A stretch of DNA of 53,093 nucleotides from an uncultured Planctomycetia bacterium (GTDB taxonomy: Bacteria; Omnitrophota; Gorgyraeia; JABMRG01): NCBI GenBank assembly GCA_964523875.1, contig CAZGAS010000001.1, forward strand, positions 1 through 53,093, in the 5' to 3' direction. Position numbers and translations under genes: made by a program. The stretch's first letter is position 1, and each line of letters starts with the position of its first letter. The notes under the pieces are model-generated. The model was not told the DNA's origin. It saw nothing but the letters and a program-made list of their open reading frames with translations, and ran no database searches. Positions 14,488 to 23,741 of the stretch are shown piece after piece.

Positions 14488-16989
14488 ATGACGGAAAAAC
14501 TTTACCCATTTGATTCTATAGAGAAGAAGTGGCAGGGATATTGGAAAGATATCAAGCTTTTTAATATGGATCCTAAGAGCGATAAGGAGAAGTATTATTG
14601 CCTTGTCATGTTTCCGTATCCATCAGGCAAACTCCATGTGGGCCATGGCAGAAACTATATCATAGGCGACGCTGTTGTACGCTACAAGATCATGAAAGGT
14701 TATAATCTTCTCTCTCCTATGGGGTGGGACGCGTTTGGCCTGCCCGCGGAAAATGCCGCGATAAAAAACGGACTGCACCCAAGAGAATCTACCTTTAATA
14801 ATATCACTGTAATGAAACAGCAGCTTGCGCAATGGGGGATAGGTTATGACTGGCCACGGGAAGTGACTTCGTGCATGCCGGATTATTACAAATGGACGCA
14901 ATGGATATTTCTAAAATTGTTTGAGAAGGGGCTCGCTTACAAGAGAAAGGCAGCAGTAAACTGGTGCCCATCCTGTAAGACCGTCCTGGCGAATGAGCAG
15001 GTTGTAGATGGTGCTTGTGAGCGTTGTGAAACAAAGGTGATTGAAAAGGACCTTGAGCAATGGTTTTTTAAAATAACAGATTACGCGCAAAGGCTCCTGG
15101 ATGATATAGCCACTTTGAGAGATTGGCCTGAAAGAGTCAAGACAATGCAAGGCAACTGGATAGGAAAAAGTACAGGCGTTAATATAGATTTTCCTGTAGA
15201 TGGTGATGATATAACGCTGACCTGTTATACGACAAGGGTGGATACAATCTTCGGGGCTACATATATGGTGCTGGCTCCTGAGCACCCATTGATAGGCAGG
15301 CTTATTGAGAATAGCCCTGATAAGAAGAAGATATTATCTTTTATAACTAAGGTAAGACAGGAAGAGAAGGTTACACGCCAGGCGGCAGAGTCTGAGAAAG
15401 AAGGTATCTTTACCAACAGATATGTTATAAACCCCGTAAATAATAAAAAGATACCCTTATGGATTGCAAATTATGTATTAATGGAATACGGGACAGGCGC
15501 TATTATGGCTGTCCCCGCGCATGATGAGAGAGATTTTGAGTTCGCGAAGAAATACAAGCTTGATATCAAGGTTGTTATTGACAATCCTAAAGAGAGCCTT
15601 AGCCCATCTGGTATGACAAGCGCTTATATCAAAGATGGGGTTATGATAAACTCTGAGATGTTTAATGAGCTTAGTAATAGAGAGGCCATGGAAAAGATAG
15701 CCAACTGGATGGAGAAGGAGAAGATAGGTAAAAGGGCTGTCCATTTTAAGCTTCGTGACTGGTTGATATCAAGGCAACGTTATTGGGGCGCGCCTATTCC
15801 TATTGTATATTGTGATAAGTGCGGGATTGTCGCTATTCCGGAAGATGAGCTCCCCGTGCTTTTACCGGAAGATGTTAGTTTTTCTAATAAGAACAAGCTA
15901 GATCCGGCAAAGCCAGCGGATACCACCGGTCGAGAGCTTCACGGCCAGTCTCCGTTAGCGGGTTCAGAGGATTTTGTTAACGCGATATGCCCTAAGTGTA
16001 AAGGCAAGGCAAGACGCGAGACAGATACTATGGACACCTTTGTGGATTCAAGCTGGTATTATATGCGTTACCTCTCCCCGGCAGATAGCAGGAAGCCATT
16101 TGATAAGGCCCTTGTGAATAAATGGCTCCCTGTTGACCAGTATATAGGCGGCGTAGAACACGCGATACTGCATCTTCTATACTCCAGGTTTATTACTAAG
16201 GTATTATGTGATTTAGGGTTTGTGGATTTTAACGAGCCGTTTAAGGCACTTTTTACACAAGGTATGATTATAAAAAATGGCGCGAAGATGTCTAAATCAA
16301 AAGGCAATGTTGTCTCACCTGATACCCTTATAAAGAAATATGGCACAGACACTATAAGGCTCTACACATTGTTTATCGGGCCCCCGGAAAAAGACGCGGA
16401 GTGGAATGACAGGGCTGTTGAAGGCGCTTATCGTTTCTTAGGACGCCTCTGGAGATTGGTGGATAAGGTATCTAAGGATCCGAAGGCTGGATATCAGGCA
16501 AAGAGTAATAAGGGCCTTGAACGTAAGATTCATCAGACAATAGAGAAGGTTACAAGGGATATTGAGGGAGATTTTAAATTTAATACAGCTATAAGCGCGG
16601 TAATGGAGCTTGTAAATGCCGCTTACCTGGTTTTGGATAAAGAGCGATCTGTTTCAGTCAAGGAAGCCGCGAAGACAGCTGTTATTCTTATGGCGCCTTT
16701 TGTACCTCATGTAGCAGAGGAGTTATGGCAGAAACTTGGACAGAGCCCCAGTATATTTCATTATCCGTGGCCCGAGTATAGCAAGGCTAAAATTGAAGAG
16801 GATACATTAACTTTGCCTGTTATGATAAATAACAAGCTTCGTTCAAGGGTAACGGTTGATGCAACTGCTTCTGAGGAAAGCATAAGAAAAGTAGTTTTAG
16901 CTGATAGCAAGGCCATGGATTGGATACGTGATAGCAAGATTAAAAAATTTATAGTAGTGCCAAAGAGGCTGGTAAATATTATTATATAG
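14488..16989 (+). CDS. leuS: leucine--tRNA ligase
   Basis: 833 aa. FPYPSGKLHVGH (HIGH), KMSKSKGN (KMSKS), zinc-binding CPxC/CxxC insertions and a CP1 editing domain. Confidence 0.97.
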   Translation: MTEKLYPFDSIEKKWQGYWKDIKLFNMDPKSDKEKYYCLVMFPYPSGKLHVGHGRNYIIGDAVVRYKIMKGYNLLSPMGWDAFGLPAENAAIKNGLHPRESTFNNITVMKQQLAQWGIGYDWPREVTSCMPDYYKWTQWIFLKLFEKGLAYKRKAAVNWCPSCKTVLANEQVVDGACERCETKVIEKDLEQWFFKITDYAQRLLDDIATLRDWPERVKTMQGNWIGKSTGVNIDFPVDGDDITLTCYTTRVDTIFGATYMVLAPEHPLIGRLIENSPDKKKILSFITKVRQEEKVTRQAAESEKEGIFTNRYVINPVNNKKIPLWIANYVLMEYGTGAIMAVPAHDERDFEFAKKYKLDIKVVIDNPKESLSPSGMTSAYIKDGVMINSEMFNELSNREAMEKIANWMEKEKIGKRAVHFKLRDWLISRQRYWGAPIPIVYCDKCGIVAIPEDELPVLLPEDVSFSNKNKLDPAKPADTTGRELHGQSPLAGSEDFVNAICPKCKGKARRETDTMDTFVDSSWYYMRYLSPADSRKPFDKALVNKWLPVDQYIGGVEHAILHLLYSRFITKVLCDLGFVDFNEPFKALFTQGMIIKNGAKMSKSKGNVVSPDTLIKKYGTDTIRLYTLFIGPPEKDAEWNDRAVEGAYRFLGRLWRLVDKVSKDPKAGYQAKSNKGLERKIHQTIEKVTRDIEGDFKFNTAISAVMELVNAAYLVLDKERSVSVKEAAKTAVILMAPFVPHVAEELWQKLGQSPSIFHYPWPEYSKAKIEEDTLTLPVMINNKLRSRVTVDATASEESIRKVVLADSKAMDWIRDSKIKKFIVVPKRLVNIII

Positions 16990-17017
16990 CTGATAACCTG
17001 ATTCTAGAGGAGAATAT

Positions 17018-19570
17018 ATGGCAAAGACCAAAACAGTAAAAAAGAATAGAATAAAGAAACGTGTAAAGAAGTCTGTAAAGAAAGCCCTAAAGAAAAAATC
17101 TATTAAGCCTAAAAAGACAAAGGCTGTTAAGAAGGTAGGGGCCAAGGCAGCCTTGAAAAAAGGAAGGCCCAAGGCGGCACAACAGAAGAAGGCAGTACCA
17201 ATGGCAAAGCTGTTGCTGCCCTTGGGCAAAATAAAAGAGATATTCCGTACGCGTTATGGTTTCTTTTTATACGATGGTTCGGAATTTGTGATAAATACTC
17301 CTGAGACCCCATCTCCCTGGTCTAACATTCTGACAAACGGAGATTATGGTATGGTTATATCGCAATCAGGTTGCGGCTTGAGTTTTCAGAAAGGTATTGG
17401 CAACAGGGTTACGAGATGGAACCAGGATAATAATAGTGAAAATTCCGGCAAGTTTATTTATATAAGAGATAACCAGACTCAGGATTATTGGTCCGCCGCA
17501 TGGAAACCGGTGTGCAAGGTGCCGGAATTTTATGAGGTAAGGCATGGCATAGGTTATACTAATATAAGTTCAAAGAATAATGGTATAATCTCAAGTCTCA
17601 TCTATTATGTCGCGGCGGATGAGCCTGTTGAGATATGGCAGGTACGCATAAAAAACACAACAGACGAGCCCAGATTCTTGAGTGTTTTCAGCTACCTGGA
17701 ATGGGATTTCGCCACACCTTCAGGCAACAGGGAATACAACAAGCTCTTTATAGATACAGAGTACGACGCAAATCTGTCAGCGATTTTGGCTAAAACCCCT
17801 GAAGACGAATACGCGTTTCACTCAGTTAATCATACAGTCCAGACTTTTACATGCGGCCGTAGCGCGTTCTTGGGTATGTATCGGGATGTTTCTAATCCCA
17901 GATGTGTTGAAAAGGGGATGTGTTTTGAGGAACAAGGCAGGTATAATGACCCCGCGGCAGCCTTGCAGGTTGAGGTTGAGCTTCCACCCAATGGTGAAAA
18001 AGAGTTGCTTTTTACCGTTGGAAAATGCGGCCAGCATAAAGACGCGCAAAAGATTATAAAAAAATACAAGAATATAAAGGTCACGGAAGAAGAATTTTCA
18101 AGAACAGGACATCGATGGACTATAAGGCTGGGTAATTTTCATATAACTACGCCTGATGAGGGCGCGAATATCCTGACGAATAAATGGTTTCGCTATCAAG
18201 CGATGTCAGCGGGTTTAACATCTTTTGGGTCCTGTTATAAACCCGGCGGCCAGGTAGGTTTCAAGGACTATCTTGTAAATGGGCTTATCCTGCTCTCAAT
18301 AAATCCTAAACATCATCGTCAGTTTATTCTGGATGCCGCTGAAAAGCAGTTTGAAGATGGATCTGTAATAGATAAATGGGATCCTAAAAGCGGCAAGGGG
18401 GTAAGGTCGGAATCTCTTGAGGCGCCTTTATGGCTGGTATATTCATTGTGTGGATACCTTAAAGAGACCTATGATATGCAGGTTTTGGATGAGGAGATAA
18501 AATTCCAGGATGGAATTAAAAAGAGCCTTTTTATACATTGCAAACAAGCTGTAAACAGGGCACTTCATTCTATTGGCAAAAGAGGCCTTCCGCCTGTAGC
18601 TTTTGGTGATCATATTGAGAAGCTTGATGGCATGGTTAATCATGCCAAGGGTGAGTCTGTGTGGCTTGCCCAGTTCTTGATATACCTGCTCTCAGAGTTT
18701 CTTGTTATATGTCGTTTAAAGAATGATAAAGAGGCTGTTGCTGATTATGAGAATAGGTTGAAGAAATTGGAAGAGAAAGTCAGCAAAATGGCATTGGATA
18801 ACGATAGATTTGTTGGCGTGCTCTCACATGGAGGCAAGGGGATAGGTATATCAAAGGGAAAGAACGCGCAGCTCTTTCTGGATACGCAGGTTTGGGCTGT
18901 TCTATCAGGTATTTGCCCCGCGGATCAGGCCGCGACTATTATGGATAAAGTCAATGAGGATCTTTATAAGGAGCACGGGCCTATCATGATCTCGCCTTCG
19001 TTTTCAGAGCCCAGAGAAGAGGTAGGGACAATGAGTAAGCTACCCAAGGGGGTAATGGAGAACGCGGGTATAAGCGTTGAGTCAGCCTGCTGGGCCATAT
19101 GGGCCGAGGCAAAACTTGGCCGCGCGCAGAAGGCGTGGAGCATATACTCTAAACTGGATCCAGTTGACAGGTCTCATAAATCTGATATATATAAATTGGA
19201 ACCATTTGTATCCTGCGCTTATGTAGATGGACCTGATTCGCTTACGAGCGGGCTTGCCAGAGAATCATGGTATAACCGTAATGGTTATTGGATGTTCAAG
19301 GTAATGACAGAGGAGATATTAGGCATAAAACCTACACATGAAGGGCTTCTTATCTCACCTTGTATACCCAGCAGATGGAAGCTTTTCAAGGTAAAGAGGG
19401 CATTTCGTAATGCTTATTATACTATTGAGGTTATAAATCCACGTTACGTATCACAAGGTATAGCGGAAGTGATTATTGATGGTAAAAAGGTAAAATCAAA
19501 CCTTATACCTGCTTTCGGAGATGACAAGAGGCACCATGTAAAAGTAATCATGGGTAAGCCTAAGCAGTAA
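17018..19570 (+). CDS. GH94-like glycoside phosphorylase (cellobiose/chitobiose phosphorylase family) with a ~60-aa polybasic N-terminal extension
   Basis: From about residue 77 (RYGFFLYDGSEFVINTPETPSPWSNIL) to the C-terminus (GYWMFKVMTEEILGIKPTHEGLLISPCIP) it follows the GH94 layout. Residues 1-61 are a Lys-rich tract. AGGAG lies 7 nt upstream of the ATG at 17018. Confidence 0.7.
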   Translation: MAKTKTVKKNRIKKRVKKSVKKALKKKSIKPKKTKAVKKVGAKAALKKGRPKAAQQKKAVPMAKLLLPLGKIKEIFRTRYGFFLYDGSEFVINTPETPSPWSNILTNGDYGMVISQSGCGLSFQKGIGNRVTRWNQDNNSENSGKFIYIRDNQTQDYWSAAWKPVCKVPEFYEVRHGIGYTNISSKNNGIISSLIYYVAADEPVEIWQVRIKNTTDEPRFLSVFSYLEWDFATPSGNREYNKLFIDTEYDANLSAILAKTPEDEYAFHSVNHTVQTFTCGRSAFLGMYRDVSNPRCVEKGMCFEEQGRYNDPAAALQVEVELPPNGEKELLFTVGKCGQHKDAQKIIKKYKNIKVTEEEFSRTGHRWTIRLGNFHITTPDEGANILTNKWFRYQAMSAGLTSFGSCYKPGGQVGFKDYLVNGLILLSINPKHHRQFILDAAEKQFEDGSVIDKWDPKSGKGVRSESLEAPLWLVYSLCGYLKETYDMQVLDEEIKFQDGIKKSLFIHCKQAVNRALHSIGKRGLPPVAFGDHIEKLDGMVNHAKGESVWLAQFLIYLLSEFLVICRLKNDKEAVADYENRLKKLEEKVSKMALDNDRFVGVLSHGGKGIGISKGKNAQLFLDTQVWAVLSGICPADQAATIMDKVNEDLYKEHGPIMISPSFSEPREEVGTMSKLPKGVMENAGISVESACWAIWAEAKLGRAQKAWSIYSKLDPVDRSHKSDIYKLEPFVSCAYVDGPDSLTSGLARESWYNRNGYWMFKVMTEEILGIKPTHEGLLISPCIPSRWKLFKVKRAFRNAYYTIEVINPRYVSQGIAEVIIDGKKVKSNLIPAFGDDKRHHVKVIMGKPKQ

Positions 19571-19573
19571 CCT

Positions 19574-19683
19574 CGTATTGCGTATATCGTATTACGTATT
19601 GCGTTAAAAATCCTTTATGTGATGCCTGCCTCGCCACCTGTGTGCAGGCCGGCAGGCGCAATACGCACAACGCAATACGCACA
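19574..19683. repeat. palindromic intergenic element: heptad arrays flanking a GC-rich hairpin
   Basis: Left arm CGTATTG CGTATAT CGTATTA CGTATTG CGTTAAA (19574-19608). Core hairpin GCCTGCC...GGCAGGC (19624-19657). Right arm CGCAAT ACGCACA ACGCAAT ACGCACA (19657-19683) is an imperfect reverse complement of the left arm. Confidence 0.8.
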
Positions 19684-20418
19684 ATGATAACAATGACATA
19701 CCAGTCGCGTACTTACAGAAGCTATACAGAATCAGATGATTTGACTTCCTTTAAGGTAGCTGTTTCCCAAACTGACCTTTTTATCTCAGCGGATAGTAGC
19801 TTAAAAAAAGAGGCTAAAGAGTCTATCGCGAGATTAAGGAGCAGTATTGAGGAGTATATAAGTGTATATCCGAACTTCGCGGATACACTTATGCCTGTCG
19901 CATACGACAAGAACGCACCGCCTATTGTAAAGAGTATGATAAGAGCGGCTGAAAGTTGTAATACCGGCCCAATGGCCGGGGTTGCCGGAGCTATAGCGGA
20001 AGGTGTTGGTAAGGACCTGCTACTCTCCAGCACTCAGGTTATTATTGAAAACGGCGGGGACATATTTATAGCGTCAAAGGTACCACGCGTAGTGGGCCTT
20101 TACGCGGGAAAATCAAAGTTTTCTAAGAAGGTAGGTATCAGTATTGAACCAAAGGATACACCCTGTGGTATATGCACCTCGAGCGCTACTGTAGGCCATA
20201 GCCTGAGTTTTGGCAGGGCAGACGCTGTTGTTGTATTATCACCCTCCGCGCCGCTCGCGGACTGTTGCGCTACAGCGCTCTGCAATAGGGTAGCCGACAG
20301 AGATGATATTAAAAGCGTGATAAACTACGGAAAAAAGATAAAAGGGATTAAAGGCATATTGGTAGTTATTGGTGATGCGCTAGGGGCCTGGGGAAGTGTG
20401 AAATTGGTTGATATTTGA
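19684..20418 (+). CDS. UPF0280 / COG2122 ApbE-like family protein
   Basis: N-terminus YQSRTYRSY...FKVAVSQTDLFISAD and the Gly/Ala-rich core GPMAGVAGAIAE match my recollection of UPF0280. The ORF opens at 19642 (GTG) inside the repeat, so the ATG at 19684 or 19693 is more plausible. Confidence 0.6.
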   Translation: MITMTYQSRTYRSYTESDDLTSFKVAVSQTDLFISADSSLKKEAKESIARLRSSIEEYISVYPNFADTLMPVAYDKNAPPIVKSMIRAAESCNTGPMAGVAGAIAEGVGKDLLLSSTQVIIENGGDIFIASKVPRVVGLYAGKSKFSKKVGISIEPKDTPCGICTSSATVGHSLSFGRADAVVVLSPSAPLADCCATALCNRVADRDDIKSVINYGKKIKGIKGILVVIGDALGAWGSVKLVDI

Positions 20419-20437
20419 TAGCAGGGAGTGTATAATT

Positions 20438-20472
20438 CGTATTGCGTATATCGTATTGTGTATTGTGTTTTT
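20438..20472. repeat. heptanucleotide array (CGTATTN family)
   Basis: CGTATTG CGTATAT CGTATTG TGTATTG TGTTTTT. The last units pair with ACACAATGC at 20480-20488 to form a hairpin. Confidence 0.75.
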
Positions 20473-20558
20473 ATATATCACACAATGCACATGGCGACAT
20501 GCTATAAACATATTATTAATTAATATAGATTTTAAAATATGTTATGGAGGTGAGATAT

Positions 20559-20966
20559 ATGAAGAAGAAAAGAATAGTATTACATTTTCCGCATAAACTT
20601 ATAGATAAGCCCATAGCGTATAACCTGGTTAAGGATTATAACCTGGTTTTTAATATACTCCAGGCTAAGATTACGCCTAATGAAAAAGGGCTCATGGTAC
20701 TTGAACTGAGCGGTTGCGACAAAAACTACGCGCAGGGCATAAAGTTTTTGCAGGAGCAGGGTATTAAGGTTGAGACCTTAAGCAAAGACGTGCGTAGAAA
20801 TGATAAACGCTGTACACAATGCGGTGCCTGTGTCGCGGTTTGCCCGACAGGGGCATTATATGTAAACAGGGAGACTATGGAGGTAATATTTGATATTGAA
20901 AAGTGTATTGCCTGCGAATTATGTGTTCCTGCCTGTCCCCCACGCGCAATGGAAGTGAAGCTTTAA
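20559..20966 (+). CDS. NIL domain - 2x[4Fe-4S] ferredoxin fusion protein
   Basis: N-terminal NIL-like domain (IVLHFPHKLIDKPIAYNLVKDYNLVFNILQAKI). Two CxxCxxCxxxCP clusters (CTQCGACVAVCP, CIACELCVPACP). A GGAGGTG RBS precedes the ATG at 20559. Confidence 0.75.
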   Translation: MKKKRIVLHFPHKLIDKPIAYNLVKDYNLVFNILQAKITPNEKGLMVLELSGCDKNYAQGIKFLQEQGIKVETLSKDVRRNDKRCTQCGACVAVCPTGALYVNRETMEVIFDIEKCIACELCVPACPPRAMEVKL

Positions 20967-21694
20967 TGGAAATAGTGAAAAAGACTACTAAGGCAAGATC
21001 AAAGAAGCCGTCATATAAGAGGCAGATAGAGACGCTTGCGAAGGTAAGCGAGGCTATTGCCTCCAGCCTTTATCTTGAGGATATACTTAAACTTATAGTA
21101 TCGGTTACAGCAGAGGTAATGAATTCTAAGATCTGTTCTCTAATGCTTCTTGACCAGGCGACAGGCCTGCTTGCTGTTAAGGCTACGCAATCTATTAGCG
21201 AGGCATATAATAAGAAGCCTGGTTTAATGCTTGGAAAAGGTGTTGCCGGTAAGGCAGCGCTTACAGGAAAGCATATTATTGTAGAGGATGTCAGGACAGA
21301 TCCAATGTATAATAATGTGAATATCGCGAAACGAGAAGGCCTATGCTCTCTTTTATGTGTTCCTCTAAAGGTAAAAGGTAGGGTGATAGGTGTATTAAAT
21401 ATTTACACATCAGAGCCGCATGATTTTACGAAATCTGAGATTGGGGTAATGACCGCTGTAGCTAATCAGGCAGCGATAGTCATTGAAAATTCCCAGCTTC
21501 TTGTGAAGACAAAGGTTATACAGGAAGAGCTTGCGTCCCGAAAGATTATAGACCGCGCAAAAGGTATATTAATGAAGACACAAGGCTATACAGAGGATGA
21601 TGCTTTTCGCAGGATACAAAAGCTCGCGATGAACACTCGCCGTCCAATGAAGGAGATCGCGGAAGCGATTATATTGGCACAACGCATAGGATAA
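20966..21694 (+). CDS. GAF - ANTAR domain RNA-binding regulator
   Basis: GAF region (SKICSLMLLD...GVAGKAAL...PLKVKGRVIGVLNIY). C-terminal ANTAR (IIDRAKGILMKTQGYTEDDAFRRIQKLAMNTRRPMKEIAEAII). The start overlaps the upstream stop (TAATG). The longer ORF from 20903 is an out-of-frame overlap with the ferredoxin gene. Confidence 0.8.
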   Translation: MEIVKKTTKARSKKPSYKRQIETLAKVSEAIASSLYLEDILKLIVSVTAEVMNSKICSLMLLDQATGLLAVKATQSISEAYNKKPGLMLGKGVAGKAALTGKHIIVEDVRTDPMYNNVNIAKREGLCSLLCVPLKVKGRVIGVLNIYTSEPHDFTKSEIGVMTAVANQAAIVIENSQLLVKTKVIQEELASRKIIDRAKGILMKTQGYTEDDAFRRIQKLAMNTRRPMKEIAEAIILAQRIG

Positions 21695-21718
21695 AAACTA
21701 GGGACAGGCTAGTTTTTT
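21694..21718 (+). terminator. intrinsic terminator after the GAF-ANTAR gene
   Basis: AAAACTAG-GGACAGG-CTAGTTTT followed by a T-run. Confidence 0.6.
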
Positions 21719-21740
21719 AGTTTTTCTAGTTTTTACGATA

Positions 21741-23609
21741 ATGAAAACATACGACATAATAATTATTGGAGCCGGGCACGCGGGATGCGAGGCAGCGCTT
21801 GCTGGCGCGCGCATAGGATGTAAGAGCCTTCTTATTACTATGGATAAGAAAAGAATAGCGTGTATGCCTTGTAATCCATCAATAGGCGGTATAGGCAAGG
21901 GGCAGATGGTCAAAGAGATAGATGCCTTAGGCGGTGAGATGGCAAAGGCAACTGACGCTACAGGAATACAATTTAAGTTATTGAATAGAAGCCATGGCCC
22001 TGCGGTATGGTCATCCCGCGCTCAGGTTGACCGCCATAAGTATTCTGAGTATATGCAGCAAAGGATATTATTACAGGATAATCTGGATGTTATAGAGGAC
22101 GAGGCATCTGATATTGTTGTAAGCGGATCCAACATAACGGGCGTAAAGACCATAAAGAACGGTTTTATAAGATCAAAATCTGTTGTAGTGGCCGCAGGCA
22201 CATTTCTTAACGGCATTATCCATATTGGCCTAAAGAACAGGCCCGGAGGCTCTTATGATGAGTCCGCGTCAATCCCCTTAAGCAGGTCTTTGAAGATGTT
22301 AGGATTTGAAATAGGAACCCTTAAGACAGGTACTACTCCACGCCTGAAAAGGGATAGCCTGGATTTCTCAAAACTAATACCCCAGTATGGCGATAGCGTG
22401 CCCGAGCCTTTCTCATTTTCAACACAAACAACGATAAAGAATAGTATTATTTGCCATATAACCCAGACTAATTTCAGCACCCACTCGATAATAAAGGATA
22501 ATCTGGATAAATCGCCGCTATATACGGGTATTATAAAATCTACGGGGGTTAGGTATTGCCCCTCGATAGAGGATAAGGTTGTAAAGTTCTCCAGTAGAGA
22601 GAGTCACCAGATATTCCTTGAGCCTGAAAGCATGAGCACTGACTGGTACTATCCGAATGGTTTGGCTACGAGTCTTCCTGAAGATGTGCAGGAAGATATG
22701 CTTCATTCTATACAAGGCCTGGAGAATGCTGAGATAATAAGGCCGGGATATGGCATAGAGTATGAGTTTATCCAGCCTACAGAACTTTTTGCTAGCCTTC
22801 AGACAAAAAAGATTACAGGCCTCTTCTTTGCTGGACAGATAAATGGGACCACAGGATATGAGGAGGCAGCTGCCCAGGGCCTTGTCGCGGGTATCAACGC
22901 AGCTCTTTTATCAAAGGAAAAGCCCCCTTTTACACTAAAGCGCACAAACAGTTATATAGGTGTACTTATAGATGACCTGGTAACAAAAGGCACGGACGAG
23001 CCATACCGCATGTTTACATCAAGGGTTGAGCACAGGCTTCTTATAAGGGAAGATAACGCTGATCTGCGCTTGAGGGGTTATGGATATGATTTAGGATTGA
23101 TAAACAAAACTGAACTTGATCAAGTGAAAAAGAAGAAAGAGAGTATAGATACTACAATAAAATATCTGGATAGTCAGAGGATAAACCCCTCCAGGCAGAT
23201 AAATAATATCCTGGATAGTTTAGGTACCTCCGGAATCAACAAAGTCGTATCCGCGTCAGGCCTGCTGAGAAGGCCGCAGATAAAATACCAGGATCTTAAA
23301 GAGCTTGGTATCATATCGGAACTCCTTCCTGCTGGATGCGAAAGAACCGTTGAGTTGATTATCAAATACGAAGGCTTTGTAAAGAGGCAGGCCGCTAGCA
23401 TAAAGAAGATGGAAGACATTGAAAAGATAAAGATGCCGCAGATAATAGATTTTTCAAGGATACCAGGGCTCTCTCTTGAGATAATTGAAAAGCTTGATAA
23501 GATAAGGCCCCTTACGCTTGGCCAGGCCTCTCGTATCTCTGGCGTAACCCCCGCGGCTGTAATGCTGCTTATAGTTTACCTTAAAAAATATAGATTAAGT
23601 AACAAGTGA
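21741..23609 (+). CDS. mnmG: tRNA uridine 5-carboxymethylaminomethyl modification enzyme MnmG
   Basis: 622 aa. FAD motif IIIGAGHAGCEAA, then NPSIGGIGKG, GTTPRL, FFAGQINGTTGYEEAAAQG. Confidence 0.95.
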   Translation: MKTYDIIIIGAGHAGCEAALAGARIGCKSLLITMDKKRIACMPCNPSIGGIGKGQMVKEIDALGGEMAKATDATGIQFKLLNRSHGPAVWSSRAQVDRHKYSEYMQQRILLQDNLDVIEDEASDIVVSGSNITGVKTIKNGFIRSKSVVVAAGTFLNGIIHIGLKNRPGGSYDESASIPLSRSLKMLGFEIGTLKTGTTPRLKRDSLDFSKLIPQYGDSVPEPFSFSTQTTIKNSIICHITQTNFSTHSIIKDNLDKSPLYTGIIKSTGVRYCPSIEDKVVKFSSRESHQIFLEPESMSTDWYYPNGLATSLPEDVQEDMLHSIQGLENAEIIRPGYGIEYEFIQPTELFASLQTKKITGLFFAGQINGTTGYEEAAAQGLVAGINAALLSKEKPPFTLKRTNSYIGVLIDDLVTKGTDEPYRMFTSRVEHRLLIREDNADLRLRGYGYDLGLINKTELDQVKKKKESIDTTIKYLDSQRINPSRQINNILDSLGTSGINKVVSASGLLRRPQIKYQDLKELGIISELLPAGCERTVELIIKYEGFVKRQAASIKKMEDIEKIKMPQIIDFSRIPGLSLEIIEKLDKIRPLTLGQASRISGVTPAAVMLLIVYLKKYRLSNK

Positions 23610-23705
23610 CGCCGACTCTTAAATGAGCCATATGTACGCAGGTTTAACAGCCTTTGACTGAAGCTAATCCGCTTCTATAATGCCCTGTATTTTGCAAGAG
23701 CCTGC

Positions 23706-23734
23706 TTGACAGGGGCTCTTAAGGTTTATATAAT
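23706..23734 (+). promoter_or_regulatory. consensus sigma70-type promoter abutting the antiporter start codon
   Basis: TTGACA (23706-23711), a 17-nt spacer, then TATAAT (23729-23734). The ATG at 23742 is 7 nt after the -10 box and has no SD. Confidence 0.55.
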
Positions 23735-23741
23735 ATAAAAA

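Noticed and set aside
20903-20965. Longer 263-aa reading of the GAF-ANTAR gene starting at 20903, and likewise the 295-aa reading of mlaF from 4905.
   Set aside because: The extensions overlap the upstream ferredoxin gene out of frame, or run through the repeat insert. Internal ATGs at 20966 and 4992 give canonical N-termini.
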